64,000 nucleotides of DNA, from assembly GCA_042408215.1 (NCBI GenBank), contig JAYFMW010000010.1, forward strand, positions 96,001 to 160,000, written 5' to 3'. This document shows, piece by piece, positions 32,149 through 44,095 of this stretch (the stretch's first letter is position 1; each line of letters begins with the position of its first letter). Below the pieces are notes generated by a model. It made no database searches. It was not told the DNA's origin and saw nothing but the letters and a program-made list of their open reading frames with translations. The position numbers and the translations under genes were made by a program. The DNA comes from Microcoleus sp. GTDB taxonomy: Bacteria > Cyanobacteriota > Cyanobacteriia > Cyanobacteriales > Microcoleaceae.

Positions 32149-32431
32149 TTTTGCTACCTTTTTTTTACCCTTTTGGGTATTGTACAGCTTGACATCTGTC
32201 TTGAGAAAGGTTAGACGAGCAAAAATACTAAATCTTTAAAATATGCCGCAGGGAATCGCCCCTCCCCGTGAGTTATTCCCCAAGACACTGGTCAATCGAT
32301 TTTAGATTTGAGATTTTAGATTGGAGAATTGACCCCACGGATGAATCCGGGGGCTTGTGACCCAATTGATGAAGGTCAACAGCGCTATCCTAGTAGTTAT
32401 ATTCCTCAAACCCGATCGACCCGGAGGCCCC

Positions 32432-34084
32432 GTGTTCAGCCTAGTTCAAACCACTTCTCGCCAAGGAGAAATCCTAGAGGTCGTCTTCCGCAACGGTTGG
32501 GACTACATGAAAAGCCTTCTCACCGGCAGCAAAACCGACGCACCCAGTCTCCCAACCCCAGCAGTTCTCCGCAACATCCTCGTCGAATTAGGCCCCGTTT
32601 ACATCAAATTGGGCCAATTGCTCAGCACCCGTCCCGACCTTTTACCCGCCGCCTACATCGACACCCTCTCCTCTCTACAAGCGGATGTGCCGCCCGTACC
32701 GTGGTCAGAAGTAGAAGCAATCATCCGCAAGGAACTCAAACAGTCGATCGAAGAAACCTTCTCCAAACTTAATCCTAAAGCAGTCGCCGCCGGCTCGATC
32801 GCCCAAACCCACAAAGCCACACTAAAAGACGGCCGCCAAGTCGCCCTCAAAGTTCAGCGTCCAGGTATTGATATCATCATCGAACAAGATATCGCCGTCC
32901 TCAAAGGTTTAGCAGAACTCGTCAGCCTCACAGACTTCGGTCAACAATACGATATCATCGCCCTAGCAGAAGAATTTGGCACAGCATTAAGAGCAGAACT
33001 CGACTTCATTCAAGAAGCCACATACACCGACGAATTGCGGCGCGACTTATCAACAAGCCGCTGGTTCGATGCCAAACAAATCGTAGTCCCAGAAATTCAC
33101 TGGAACCTGACTACAAAAAAACTCATGGTAATGGAATGGCTCAACGGCATACCCATTCTATTAGGAGATTTGCAAGGCACTGCTTACCAAGGAAATATAG
33201 AAGCAGAACGTCAAGCAGTCAGCACACTTCTTTGTCGAGTATTCTTTCAGCAGTTTTTCATCACCGGCTTCTTTCACGCCGACCCCCATCCAGGCAATAT
33301 ATTTTATCTCAATGACGGTCGCTTAGCCCTATTAGACTGCGGTCTAGTCGGTCGCCTCGACCCGCGCACTCAGCAAAATTTGACAGAATTACTATTAGCA
33401 ATTGTCGATTTAGACGCTCAGCGGTGCAGTCAGTTAACCGTACAAATGGCAGAATCTGCCCAGCCAGACAGTCTATCTCAGCTAGAAAATGATTACTCGC
33501 GACTACTCCGCAAATATTACAATTTGAGCTTGTCACAAATCAATTTTTCGGAAGTGTTTTACGAGATTCTGCAAGTATCCCGCGAGAATAAAATCAGACT
33601 GCCGAGCAATTTGGGTCTATTTACCAAAACGATGGCTAATTTAGAAGGAGTAGCCCGCGCTTTCAACCCCAGACTGAACATTTTAGATCAGATTAAACCT
33701 TTAATGACTGATTTGTTTCGGCGTCAGTTATTGGGAGATGATCCGCTGCAAGCTTTGTTGAGAACAGCCCTAGATATTAAAAGTCTGTCTTTGCAATCTC
33801 CCCGGCAATTAGAAGTGCTGTTAGACAGAGTTACTTCGGAAACTTTGAAATGGAATTTAACTCTCAAAGACCTCGATCCGCTGCGTCGCAGTTTGGATGA
33901 TTCTGCGAACCGACTTTCTTTTAGTATTGTAGTTGGTTCCCTGATTGTGGGAGCGGCAATTGTTTCTGCTAATGCTCAAACTGCTCAGTTATCTTTTTTG
34001 AGCAATAGTTTGTTTGCAGCTGCGAGTTTTTTGGGTTTGTGGTTAATTATTAGTATTCTCAGGTCAGGGCGTTTGCGGGGATGA
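32432..34084 (+). CDS. AarF/ABC1/UbiB family kinase
   Basis: LGPVYIKLGQLLSTRPD, AAGSIAQ, ALKVQRP, FFHADPHPGN. GTG start at 32432 preceded by GGAGG. Confidence 0.9.
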   Translation: MFSLVQTTSRQGEILEVVFRNGWDYMKSLLTGSKTDAPSLPTPAVLRNILVELGPVYIKLGQLLSTRPDLLPAAYIDTLSSLQADVPPVPWSEVEAIIRKELKQSIEETFSKLNPKAVAAGSIAQTHKATLKDGRQVALKVQRPGIDIIIEQDIAVLKGLAELVSLTDFGQQYDIIALAEEFGTALRAELDFIQEATYTDELRRDLSTSRWFDAKQIVVPEIHWNLTTKKLMVMEWLNGIPILLGDLQGTAYQGNIEAERQAVSTLLCRVFFQQFFITGFFHADPHPGNIFYLNDGRLALLDCGLVGRLDPRTQQNLTELLLAIVDLDAQRCSQLTVQMAESAQPDSLSQLENDYSRLLRKYYNLSLSQINFSEVFYEILQVSRENKIRLPSNLGLFTKTMANLEGVARAFNPRLNILDQIKPLMTDLFRRQLLGDDPLQALLRTALDIKSLSLQSPRQLEVLLDRVTSETLKWNLTLKDLDPLRRSLDDSANRLSFSIVVGSLIVGAAIVSANAQTAQLSFLSNSLFAAASFLGLWLIISILRSGRLRG

Positions 34085-34436
34085 ATGGCACAAGATTAGT
34101 ATATGTTCAGTCCTGGACGCATTTGAACGTAATTCTGTCATTCTGAGTGAAACGAAGAATCTCAAAGCTTTGCAACAGCGTCTAGAGTGCGTAAATCCTG
34201 TGTGTTGTGGAACAGGCATCTTGCCTGTTCCGTAAATCCTGTGTGTTGTGGAACAGGCATCTTGCCTGTTCCTAAGAATGCTGCAAGATGTAATATCAAA
34301 TCCGGTAGCATCGGAATTATTCATCTCTCTCTTCTCTCCCTCTGCGCCCTCTGCGCCCTCTGCGGTTAAATCATTCCGATGCAACCGGAAACGATATAAC
34401 ATATAGCCAAGTGCAACAAGCGAACAAATATAGCCT

Positions 34437-37400
34437 ATGTCACAGCATAATTATTCTCTCCCAAAGTCAGCAATTAGAGACAACCGCCACCGCGAAACTG
34501 TGGGCGATTTTTTGAAAGCCAAGGTTGAGGAAAACTCAACCTTGTCAATTGTTTCTGCTTACTTTACAATTTATGCATTTGATGCCTTGAAGGAACAACT
34601 TCTAGGCATTAAAAACTTGAAATTCCTGTTTGGCGAACCGCGCTTCATCAAGTCCCTTGACCCCAGTAAAACCGATAAAAAGGCATTCCAAATTGAGGAT
34701 GAGGGCTTGCAGCTACAGAATCGGTTGCAGCAAAAACGGGTTGCGAAAGAATGTGCAGAATGGATTGAGAAAAAAGTGCAGATACGGTCGGTCAAGCAAT
34801 CTAATTTACTGCACGGCAAAATGTATCACATTGCTCATAACGGAAGCGAAAATGCTATTATGGGCAGTTCTAATTTTACCATGCGGGGACTGGGATTAGG
34901 CAGGAAAAACAACAATATTGAACTCAATTTAGAAGTAGATAGTAAACGAGATAGCCACGACATTAAAGCCTGGTTTGATGAACTCTGGAATGATGCCGAA
35001 CTGGTCGAAGATGTCAAACAAGACGTGCTCCTGTACCTAGAGCAACTTTACCAGAATAATTCTCCTGAATTTATCTACTACAAAACTCTGTTTCATATCT
35101 TCGAGACTTTTCTAGATGACCTAGAAAAAAGCGATATTCTCAGCGAACAGCTACACCTATTTGATACAGAAATCTGGAAATCTCTATTTGAATTTCAAAA
35201 AGACGGAGTTAAGGCCGCTATCAATAAAATCCGACGATATAACGGGTGTATTATTGCTGACAGCGTTGGTTTAGGTAAAACATTTGAAGCTCTAGCGGTG
35301 ATTAAATATTTTGAACTTCGCAATCAAAAAGTTTTGGTTCTTTGTCCCAAAAAACTCCGCGAGAATTGGACTGTATATCTAGCACAGAACAATAGCGAAC
35401 TGAATCCTTTTCTTAAAGACGGCTTTAACTATGCAGTCCTATCTCACACCGACTTGAGTCGTGACTCTGGTTACTCTGGGGACATTAATTTAGCAACGAT
35501 TAAGTGGGGAAACTATGACTTGGTAGTTATTGACGAATCCCACAATTTCCGCAACAACATCAAGAGTAAACGGGACGAATTTGGCAATCTAATTAGAAAG
35601 AGTCGTTACGAAAGGCTGATGGATGATATTATCAAGAGCGGTGTCAAAACTCAGGTGCTACTCTTATCAGCAACTCCGGTTAACAATGATTTAAAGGATT
35701 TGCGGAATCAACTTTATTTTATCACAGAAGGTCGCGATGCTGCGTTTAGCGAATCGCTGGGAATTGCTAGTCTGCGCGATACACTAGCTGATGCTCAGCG
35801 GAAATTTACCAAGTGGGCTAAGAAAAGTCGCGATCGCAAAACTAGCGAACTCCTGGAAGAACTAAGTTCTGCTTTCTTCAAACTGCTTGACCAATTGACG
35901 ATCGCCCGATCGCGCAAGCACATTCAAAAATACTATAAAGATGCGATCGCCCAATTAGGCGGCTTTCCAGAACGGCTCAAACCCATCTCCGTATTTCCTG
36001 ACATTGACCTAGAGGGTGAGTTCATGTCCTACGAACAGCTTAACAGCGAAATTTCTAAATATCAACTCTCGCTATTCAACCCTTCAAAATATGTCCTGTC
36101 GCCATACCGTTCAGTGTATGAAAATAAAACAGGGCGAAATTTCAGACAGAGCGATCGCGAACGGTGTTTAATTGGTATGATGAAAGTCAATTTCCTGAAA
36201 CGCTTAGAAAGCTCCATTCGTTCCTTTTCGCTGACAATGGAACGCACAATTAACAAAATTGAATATCTAGAGAAAAAAATTCAAAACTTTCAGCAATTTC
36301 AGCAATCTCGCGAGGCTAACCAGACAGTTATTTTCAGCGATTTAATGATTGAAGACTTCGACGATGAAGAGTTGCAAGATGCCATGCAAGTAGGTCAAGA
36401 GCTGATATTTCAAATGGCGCACCTCGATGTCAAAACGTGGTTAAAAGACCTGAAATGCGACAAGGAACAGCTTAAAAAAATTTACAATTATGCCCAAAGC
36501 ATTTCTGTTGAACGGGATGCCAAGTTAGCTGAGTTAAAAGCACTAATCGCCGAGAAAGTCAAGCATCCTACGACTAACAAGCATGGCCAACCAAATCGCA
36601 AGGTTTTAGTCTTTACTGCCTTTGCAGATACGGCAGTTTATCTCTACGAAGGATTGCGGGAATGGGCAACATTAGAATTGAAAATTAACCTAGCTTTGGT
36701 GACTGGTGGTTCGGCGAAAAATAAGACTACCTTTGGCAAAAATGAGTTCAATCGCGTCCTGACAAATTTTTCGCCTTTCGCCAAGAAACGCGCTCAAATT
36801 CCATCTATGCCACAAGACGGCGAGATTGACCTATTAATTGCCACAGATTGTATTTCAGAAGGGCAAAATTTACAAGATTGCGATTATCTGATTAACTACG
36901 ACATACACTGGAACCCAGTCCGAATTATTCAGCGGTTCGGTAGGTGCGATCGCATTGGCAGCCCCAACCATACCGTACAATTAATCAATTTTTGGCCGAC
37001 AGAGGACTTGGATCGGTACATCAATCTGAAAAATCGAGTAGAAGCACGGATGGCATTAGCGGATATTGCTGGTACATTTGAAGATAACCTGCTGGAGGCT
37101 CTTGAGATTCAAGAATTGATTGAGAGTGATTTGAAATACCGCGACAAGCAGTTGCTGCGATTGAAAGACGAGGTGCTGGATATCGAAGATTTCACCGAAA
37201 GTGTCGCCCTAACGGAATTCAGTCTCGATGATTTCCGAATGGAACTAGCCAAATACATTGAGAGCAACCGCAAACTACTCCAAGATGCTCCTTTAGGACT
37301 CTATGCAATAGTTCCAACTAACTCGGAGTACCCGATCATTGCTCCCGGCGTAAATTTTTGCCTCAAACAGAAAGGCGATTCTCTTGATAATAAAACTGTC

Positions 37401-37748
37401 AATCTGCTGCAACCATATTTTGTAGTTTACGTGGGAGAAAATCAGGAAGTGCGATTAAATTTTGCTCAACCCAAACAAATACTTGAAATATACCAGTTGC
37501 TGTGCGCGGGATGTACTGTTCCCTATGAAGAGTTGTGCAACTTGTTCGATCGAGAAACTAATAATGGATTTGATATGAATTTGTATAACGATTTGCTTAA
37601 GCGGGCGGTTGATTCAATTGCAGGTATTTACAACAAGCGGCTCATCGACAATCTGCTGTCTAGCCGCCGTGCTGTGTTGGTTGAACAAGCGCATCAGGTT
37701 AAAGCAACAACGGATTTTGAACTGATTACTTGGTTGGTGATTAAATGA
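34437..37748 (+). CDS. SNF2-family helicase with N-terminal PLD-like nuclease domain
   Basis: HGKMY...GSSNFT (PLD HxK...GSxN); [40 protein letters not shown]. Confidence 0.88.
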   Translation: MSQHNYSLPKSAIRDNRHRETVGDFLKAKVEENSTLSIVSAYFTIYAFDALKEQLLGIKNLKFLFGEPRFIKSLDPSKTDKKAFQIEDEGLQLQNRLQQKRVAKECAEWIEKKVQIRSVKQSNLLHGKMYHIAHNGSENAIMGSSNFTMRGLGLGRKNNNIELNLEVDSKRDSHDIKAWFDELWNDAELVEDVKQDVLLYLEQLYQNNSPEFIYYKTLFHIFETFLDDLEKSDILSEQLHLFDTEIWKSLFEFQKDGVKAAINKIRRYNGCIIADSVGLGKTFEALAVIKYFELRNQKVLVLCPKKLRENWTVYLAQNNSELNPFLKDGFNYAVLSHTDLSRDSGYSGDINLATIKWGNYDLVVIDESHNFRNNIKSKRDEFGNLIRKSRYERLMDDIIKSGVKTQVLLLSATPVNNDLKDLRNQLYFITEGRDAAFSESLGIASLRDTLADAQRKFTKWAKKSRDRKTSELLEELSSAFFKLLDQLTIARSRKHIQKYYKDAIAQLGGFPERLKPISVFPDIDLEGEFMSYEQLNSEISKYQLSLFNPSKYVLSPYRSVYENKTGRNFRQSDRERCLIGMMKVNFLKRLESSIRSFSLTMERTINKIEYLEKKIQNFQQFQQSREANQTVIFSDLMIEDFDDEELQDAMQVGQELIFQMAHLDVKTWLKDLKCDKEQLKKIYNYAQSISVERDAKLAELKALIAEKVKHPTTNKHGQPNRKVLVFTAFADTAVYLYEGLREWATLELKINLALVTGGSAKNKTTFGKNEFNRVLTNFSPFAKKRAQIPSMPQDGEIDLLIATDCISEGQNLQDCDYLINYDIHWNPVRIIQRFGRCDRIGSPNHTVQLINFWPTEDLDRYINLKNRVEARMALADIAGTFEDNLLEALEIQELIESDLKYRDKQLLRLKDEVLDIEDFTESVALTEFSLDDFRMELAKYIESNRKLLQDAPLGLYAIVPTNSEYPIIAPGVNFCLKQKGDSLDNKTVNLLQPYFVVYVGENQEVRLNFAQPKQILEIYQLLCAGCTVPYEELCNLFDRETNNGFDMNLYNDLLKRAVDSIAGIYNKRLIDNLLSSRRAVLVEQAHQVKATTDFELITWLVIK

Positions 37749-39271
37749 GCGTCAGGGAACAACAAGCCAAAGCATCTATTAATCAAGCTTTAAATAGTTT
37801 TGCCAAGGGAAAACTAGCCGATAACGCCCGGAATTTGTTCTTTGCTCTTGGCTACCGCAGTGACAGAACGAGTCAATTTTATCCCAATACTTCGGATAAC
37901 TTTATTGCGACTTTTGACATAGATCAAAAGCTCAACTCCCAAAAAGCTCTCTTAGAGGAATGGCTGTCGGTTGATTTTCTCTTCCAGTTTACCGGGACAG
38001 AAATTGCAGATAACGATCAGTTTGTCGAATTTGATAGTAGCAGTGGTGAGAGTGCCTTTTTTACTTCCTACTTGTTTTTCGCGATCGCACTGCGGAGGAG
38101 CGCGTACACTATAGAACAACTTGACGGGATTATCCGCGAGATTAATCAACTTTTACCGATGCCTGCGATCGTTCTCTTTCAGCATGGAGAAACTCTGACT
38201 TTCTCCATGATAAACCGCCGCGCCAACAAACAAAATGAATCTGAAGATGTATTAGGAAAAGTCAAACATCTTAAAGATATCCCATTCGCCATTCCGACAA
38301 ACTCTCATTTAAAAATGCTCTTCGATCTTTCCTTAGCACAGTTGTATAAAAATCACGGCTTTAGCAACTTTGACGAATTTCATGAAGCTTGGCATCAAAC
38401 TATTCCTGACAGCATCAAATTTAAAGAAGATTCTCTGTGGCAAGATTCGCTTCGCGTTTACCTGCAAGAAATCGGTCGAATTCCCATGCTCAAAGCTGAC
38501 GAAGAGATTGAACTAGCTCGTAAAATTGCTGAATTAGAATTAGAGGGCAGCCGAAAAGCTAAAGACAAAATGGTAGAGTCTAACTTGTGGCTGGTAGTCT
38601 CAATCGCTAAAAAATATCAAAATAGAGGGCTGGATTTCTTAGACTTGATTCAGGAGGGAAATCTGGGTTTAATCAAGGCTGTAGAAAAGTTTGATTGCAG
38701 GAAGGGCCACAGGTTTTCCACCTACGCGAATTGGTGGATTCTTCAGGCAATTATGCTGGCGATCGACAACCATTCCCGCACCATCCGGCTACCAGTTCAT
38801 TTGTGGCGTACAATTTCCGAGGTTAAGCAAACTACCAAGCTGCTTTCTCAAGAATTTGGTCCCATTCCCAAGATGGAAGAAATCGCCAATCGTTTGGAAA
38901 TGACAACTGCAAAAGTGCGCTTGGTTATTCAATCGGCTCTGCCTATCATTTCTTTAGATACTAGAATGGGTGAGGAGGAAGGTTCTACATTGGGAGAGTT
39001 GATTGAATTCGATGGGGAAACACCAGAAGACCAAGTATCGAAAAATTTGCTCCGCGAAGATTTGGAAAGTGTTTTAGATACTCTCAGCCCCCGAGAACGT
39101 GACGTGCTGCGACTGCGTTACGGCTTGGATAATGGCCGCGAGAAGAGTCTAGAGGAAATCGGCAATAGATTTAATGTTACCCGCGAGCGGATTCGGCAAA
39201 TTGAGGCTAAGGCTTTACGAAAGTTGCACCATCTCAACCGCAACAGCATCTTAAAAGAATATATTCGCTAG
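37745..39271 (+). CDS. Fusion of an R-M-enzyme-like N-terminal domain (~230 aa) and a SigA/RpoD-like sigma70 factor (regions 1.2-4)
   Basis: [84 protein letters not shown] overlap with the helicase stop codon. Confidence 0.85.
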   Translation: MSVREQQAKASINQALNSFAKGKLADNARNLFFALGYRSDRTSQFYPNTSDNFIATFDIDQKLNSQKALLEEWLSVDFLFQFTGTEIADNDQFVEFDSSSGESAFFTSYLFFAIALRRSAYTIEQLDGIIREINQLLPMPAIVLFQHGETLTFSMINRRANKQNESEDVLGKVKHLKDIPFAIPTNSHLKMLFDLSLAQLYKNHGFSNFDEFHEAWHQTIPDSIKFKEDSLWQDSLRVYLQEIGRIPMLKADEEIELARKIAELELEGSRKAKDKMVESNLWLVVSIAKKYQNRGLDFLDLIQEGNLGLIKAVEKFDCRKGHRFSTYANWWILQAIMLAIDNHSRTIRLPVHLWRTISEVKQTTKLLSQEFGPIPKMEEIANRLEMTTAKVRLVIQSALPIISLDTRMGEEEGSTLGELIEFDGETPEDQVSKNLLREDLESVLDTLSPRERDVLRLRYGLDNGREKSLEEIGNRFNVTRERIRQIEAKALRKLHHLNRNSILKEYIR

Positions 39272-39573
39272 CTCTACAGCAATTGACTAAACTGAGACAA
39301 AAATACCGAAAAAAAAAGCAAGAGCTCATTACAAACATTTTCTGCTGTGCGATGTACTTAAGCACATCTCTGACTTAAGATAGGCGATCGCCCGCAACAG
39401 CTAAGTCTCAGCTAGAAACTGTTCGATCGACTATCTCTTCAGGAAAAACTGATGAGTAGCGGTTACGCCAGCCCTATGCTTCAGCAGCAATGACAGCAAA
39501 TCCCGTAAGTGCGATCGGTCAACAATCCAACCAAATAAAGCCGCCAGTGCATTCAAGCAATTGAATAAACGCA

Positions 39574-39732
39574 GTCATTAGTTATGAGTCAGCAGTCATT
39601 AGTTATGAGTCAGCAGCTAAAAACTAATAACTGTGGCATAAAGCTGGCGGAAAAATAACATCAGCTAACAGCTAGCAACTAATCACCAATAACTAATGAC
39701 TAATAACTAATAACTAATGACTAATAACTAAC
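39574..39732. repeat. Short tandem heptamer (STRR-like) tract, ACTAATA/ACTAATG
   Basis: Visible tandem heptamers downstream of the CBS-CP12 gene; similar tracts at 8860-8910 and 42120-42245. Confidence 0.8.
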
Positions 39733-40350
39733 TTAGCTGTCGTACATCCGGGCTTCGGCTGCGTCAGGATTTTCCTCGCAATACTCATCAAAAGCAGTTT
39801 TTTCAAGCTTCTGCGATCGCTGGTGAGAAGCCTCAGCCTGCATTTCCTCTACAATATCCCAAGCTACCGCGCACTCTTTGGAAGTAACTCCTTTTTCGGC
39901 ACAAATAGTCCTAGCCTCTGCGATCGCCTTTTCAATTTCTTCCTCAAATACAAGACTCTTCGGCTTCTCAAGAAAATCGCTTTTTGTCAAGATATCCGTT
40001 ACCGAAATAATGCCGACCAGCTTGTCCTTAATCACCGGAGCCCGTCGGATGCGGGTATTCGCGAACAATCTAGCCACGTATTCCACACCCAAGTCAGGAT
40101 TCACCGTAATGCACGGTTTGGTCATAATCTCGAAGACGCGGACTTTTTTCGGGTCTACTCCGTAGGCTGCTACTTTATAGACAATATCCGTTTCAGTCAC
40201 AATGCCATAGGCATCTTGTTCGTGGCGGCGTTCCACAATCAACGCGCGCAAACACAGGTCGTTCATCATCGCCACCGCTTCAGCTACCGTTGCTGAACCG
40301 CGAATGGTGACCACTTCTGTGGTCATAATATCTTGGGCTTTCATCATCAT
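39733..40350 (-). CDS. CBS-CP12 fusion protein
   Basis: Tandem CBS domains; C-terminal CP12 motif C........C..AWDIVEEM...YCEENPDAAEARMYD. Confidence 0.9.
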   Translation of the reverse strand: MMMKAQDIMTTEVVTIRGSATVAEAVAMMNDLCLRALIVERRHEQDAYGIVTETDIVYKVAAYGVDPKKVRVFEIMTKPCITVNPDLGVEYVARLFANTRIRRAPVIKDKLVGIISVTDILTKSDFLEKPKSLVFEEEIEKAIAEARTICAEKGVTSKECAVAWDIVEEMQAEASHQRSQKLEKTAFDEYCEENPDAAEARMYDS

Positions 40351-41081
40351 TTCCTATTGCTCCAACACGATCAACTGCTACACAAAACTTGGCTAAACTT
40401 ATTTAAGTCTCACTATTCAATCGGGATTGCTCCGGTCGGGTCTGCTTCCTGCTTCACCCAAGGGAGTCGGCTCCTTGTTGTCCACAGGCGTTAATTCGGG
40501 TGGAGCATCGCCCTAATCGAATTAATTTTAGTTGAAGCTTTTAGCCATGAGTCATCCAATATTTTCAACCAATTTAAGGAAACGCGGACTCCCGTTCGAC
40601 CTTGTAACAGGCTGGTCAGTTTTGACAAAACTGTGGTTTACAAACCAGATAATTAAGCCTTGGTTTTCGGCACTTATGTAATTATACCACCCAGAATGGT
40701 TAACCAGTCAAGTTAAGTATGACTAACTTTAGTAAACTTTTTTGCTATTTAGTCCAACTCTAGTTTTCCCCGAACTTGGGACGAGAGAAAGGTTTCTTGC
40801 GATCTGGAATAATGATCTGACGAATTTTAACCGATTTAACCGCACTCTGTCTGGCGACTTGCCTCAAACAAGTCGATCGCCCTTGTAGAATCCAAGCATT
40901 CGAGGACTCAATCCTTGAGCTTGTTTGACCAAGTTTTGCAGCCCCAGGCTCAAAGAAGCAAAAGTTAACACAAACTGAGCGACTGATCGAGCTCGCACAG
41001 ATCCCCGCCTCTGATAAACTTGATGGCTGGGAGTGCAAAAAAGCACCAGGCACGCAGGACTCAGTTGGGAGGATATAGTTT

Positions 41082-42119
41082 GTGGACAATGTAATCGGTT
41101 TAGAGATTATCGAAGTAGTTGAGCAGGCCGCCATCGCCTCAGCTCGATTGATGGGCAAAGGCGAGAAAGATGAAGCCGACAGAGTGGCTGTAGAAGCCAT
41201 GCGGGAGCGGATGAACAAAATTCATATGCGCGGCCGCATCGTGATCGGCGAAGGCGAGCGCGATGACGCACCCATGCTTTACATCGGGGAACAAGTAGGT
41301 ATTTGTACTCGCGAAGATGCCAAAGATTTTTGCAACCTAGATGAATTGATCGAAATTGACATCGCTGTTGACCCCTGCGAAGGTACTAACCTGGTTGCTT
41401 ACGGTCAAAACGGTTCGATGGCAGTTTTGGCAATCTCTGAAAAAGGCGGTTTGTTTGCTGCTCCCGATTTCTACATGAACAAATTGGCTGCTCCTGCGGC
41501 TGCCAAAAATCATGTAGATATTCGCAAGACGCCAACCCAAAACCTACACATTATCTCTGATTGCCTCGGCCGCAGTGTTGAGGATTTGGTGGTGGTGGTG
41601 ATGGATCGCCCCCGGCACAAAGATTTAATTAATGAAATTCGGCAAGCGGGAGCAAGAGTTCGACTGATCAGCGACGGCGACGTTTCAGCAGCGATTTCTT
41701 GTGCGTTTTCTGGTTCTAATATCCACGCACTGATGGGTATTGGTGCAGCACCCGAAGGTGTGATTTCAGCAGCAGCAATGCGCTGTTTGGGCGGTCACTT
41801 CCAAGGGCAGTTGATTTACGATCCGGCTGTTGTGAAAACTGGTTTGATCGGTGAAAGTAAAGAGAGCAATCTCGCTCGACTTAAAGAAATGGGCATCACA
41901 GACCCAGACAAGATTTACAATGCTGAAGAATTGGCATCTGGGGAAACAGTTCTGTTTGCGGCTTGCGGAATTACTCCCGGAACGCTGATGGATGGAGTTC
42001 GCTTCTTTGGTGGCGGCGCTCGTACTGAAAGTTTGGTAATTTCTTCTCAGTCGAAAACTGCTCGGTTTGTGGATACAATCCATATGTTTGAGCAGCCGAA
42101 ATCTCTGCAATTGAATTAG
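41082..42119 (+). CDS. glpX: Class II fructose-1,6/sedoheptulose-1,7-bisphosphatase
   Basis: [47 protein letters not shown]. Confidence 0.95.
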   Translation: MDNVIGLEIIEVVEQAAIASARLMGKGEKDEADRVAVEAMRERMNKIHMRGRIVIGEGERDDAPMLYIGEQVGICTREDAKDFCNLDELIEIDIAVDPCEGTNLVAYGQNGSMAVLAISEKGGLFAAPDFYMNKLAAPAAAKNHVDIRKTPTQNLHIISDCLGRSVEDLVVVVMDRPRHKDLINEIRQAGARVRLISDGDVSAAISCAFSGSNIHALMGIGAAPEGVISAAAMRCLGGHFQGQLIYDPAVVKTGLIGESKESNLARLKEMGITDPDKIYNAEELASGETVLFAACGITPGTLMDGVRFFGGGARTESLVISSQSKTARFVDTIHMFEQPKSLQLN

Positions 42120-42261
42120 TCATTAATTAACAGTTAACTGTTGGCTGTTGACAGTTGATGGTTGGCTGTTGGCTGTTGACTGTCACCAGTTATTAGCAAT
42201 TAGCGATAAACTAATAACTAATAACAGGTGACTGTTGACAAGTAAAAATAAATAGTGACAA

Positions 42262-43563
42262 ATGACAAACATGAATATTGCAGTCGTAGGTCTTAGCCAC
42301 AAAACAGCGCCGGTTGAAGTTCGCGAAAAACTGAGCATTCCAGAGCAGAAGATTGAAGGGGCGATCGCCCAATTGCGTAGCTACCCCCATATTCAAGAGG
42401 TTGCTATTCTCAGCACTTGCAACCGCTTAGAAATTTATATTGTTACCAGCGAGTCAGAACCTGGTGTGCGGGAAGTCAATCAATTCCTTTCCGAATGTAG
42501 TAAAGTTCCTTTGCAGTCTTTGCGACCTCACCTGTTCATTTTGCTGCACGAAGATGCGGTGATGCACCTGATGCGAGTTGCTTCTGGCCTCGACAGTTTG
42601 GTGCTCGGAGAAGGGCAAATTTTAGCTCAGGTCAAACAAACTCACAAACTCGCTCAGCAGTATAAAGGTGTCGGCAGAATTTTGGAGCGCTTGCTCAAGC
42701 AAGCTCTGACAGCAGGGAAACGAGTTCGGACAGAAACTAGCATCGGTACCGGTGCAGTTTCGATTTCTTCGGCGGCGGCGGAACTGGCTCAACTCAAAGG
42801 TCAGCATTTAGCAAGCAGCCGAATTGCGATTATCGGTGCTGGCAAAATGTCCCGACTTTTGGTGCAGCATTTGCTTTCCAAAGGAGCTAGCCATATTGCG
42901 ATCGTCAATCGATCGATGCGCGGTGCTGAGGAGTTGGCAAGTATTTTTAAAGATGCTCAATTACACTTGCATCTGCTCTCGGAAATGATGCCAGTAATTG
43001 CTAGTTCTGACTTGGTTTTTACCAGTACGGCTGCTACCGATCCGCTGTTAAATAAAGCTAAATTAGCAACTGTTTTAGAACCCGATCGCCCTTTGATGTT
43101 GGTGGACATTTCTGTGCCGCGCAACGTCGATTCAGATGTGAAGGAACTCGCTAATGTGAAGTCGTTTAATGTGGACGACTTAAAAGCAGTGGTCGCTCAA
43201 AATCACGAAACCCGCCGCCAAATGGCAATGGAAGCTGAGGGCTTGCTAGAACAGGAAGTAGAGGCTTTTGATGTCTGGTGGCGCAGTCTGGAAACTGTTC
43301 CCACTATTAGCTGTTTGCGGGATAAGATAGAATTGATTCGCGAACAAGAATTAGAAAAAGCTTTATCACGTCTGGGCTCTGAGTTTTCTGAGAAACATCA
43401 AGATGTGATTGAATCTTTAACAAGAGGGATTGTGAATAAAATTTTGCACGATCCGATGGTGCAGTTGCGCGCTCAACAAGACATTGACGCGAGGCGACAA
43501 GCAATGCAGACTTTGCAATTGCTGTTTAATTTGGATGTGGATGTCAATCAGCAGTATAGCTAG
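42262..43563 (+). CDS. hemA: Glutamyl-tRNA reductase
   Basis: [52 protein letters not shown]. Confidence 0.97.
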   Translation: MTNMNIAVVGLSHKTAPVEVREKLSIPEQKIEGAIAQLRSYPHIQEVAILSTCNRLEIYIVTSESEPGVREVNQFLSECSKVPLQSLRPHLFILLHEDAVMHLMRVASGLDSLVLGEGQILAQVKQTHKLAQQYKGVGRILERLLKQALTAGKRVRTETSIGTGAVSISSAAAELAQLKGQHLASSRIAIIGAGKMSRLLVQHLLSKGASHIAIVNRSMRGAEELASIFKDAQLHLHLLSEMMPVIASSDLVFTSTAATDPLLNKAKLATVLEPDRPLMLVDISVPRNVDSDVKELANVKSFNVDDLKAVVAQNHETRRQMAMEAEGLLEQEVEAFDVWWRSLETVPTISCLRDKIELIREQELEKALSRLGSEFSEKHQDVIESLTRGIVNKILHDPMVQLRAQQDIDARRQAMQTLQLLFNLDVDVNQQYS

Positions 43564-43580
43564 TTGATTTTTTGAGATTT

Positions 43581-43610
43581 TTCCCAGGCTGAGCCTGGGA
43601 ATTATTTTTC
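43581..43610 (+). terminator. Possible intrinsic terminator after hemA
   Basis: TTCCCAGGCT-G-AGCCTGGGAA hairpin followed by TTATTTTT. Confidence 0.5.
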
Positions 43611-43795
43611 TTGGCTGTGGCAATTTTTCTTGATTGAAATAAAAAAAAACGCCATTTTTTTTAGGGTTAAATGCTTGACTTTGAGCATTTAATGAAGTAC
43701 AATCTAATAATGGGAGTGGTGGCAAAAATAAAATTTTTGCCACCACTCCCATTATCTAAAATATACCATGAAAAATCCACCAAAGTCAATAGGTA
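43610..43795. promoter_or_regulatory. Pair of convergent sigma70-like promoters flanking a 23-bp perfect inverted repeat
   Basis: Plus: TTGACT(43675)-17-TACAAT. Minus: TTGACT(43789)-18-TATATT. Inverted repeat 43707-43755. Confidence 0.6.
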
Positions 43796-44095
43796 ATCCT
43801 TCTTTTTTAGGGCCGAGCAGTTATTGACAGTAACGTAGATAGCCTTTCTCAGTAACAGGAGGTGCCATTAAGGTGCATAGGGCATAATCAATTACGAATT
43901 AATCAATTACGAATTACGAATTTAGCACTTCAAAAAGTCAACTCGTAATTCGTAATTCGTAATTATTTCCCATAGGGCATACCTCACTTTCTTGAGAACC
44001 GCTATAATTCAAAAAGGAATTATCAACCGCAGATGCACGCAGATTAACGCAGATGAACTTCGGCAGATATTGATAGTTGCGATCGGTTTAATATT

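Noticed and set aside
40760..41218. 152-aa antisense ORF over the glpX start, and similar shadow ORFs elsewhere
   Set aside because: They overlap well-supported genes on the opposite strand and show no recognisable motifs.
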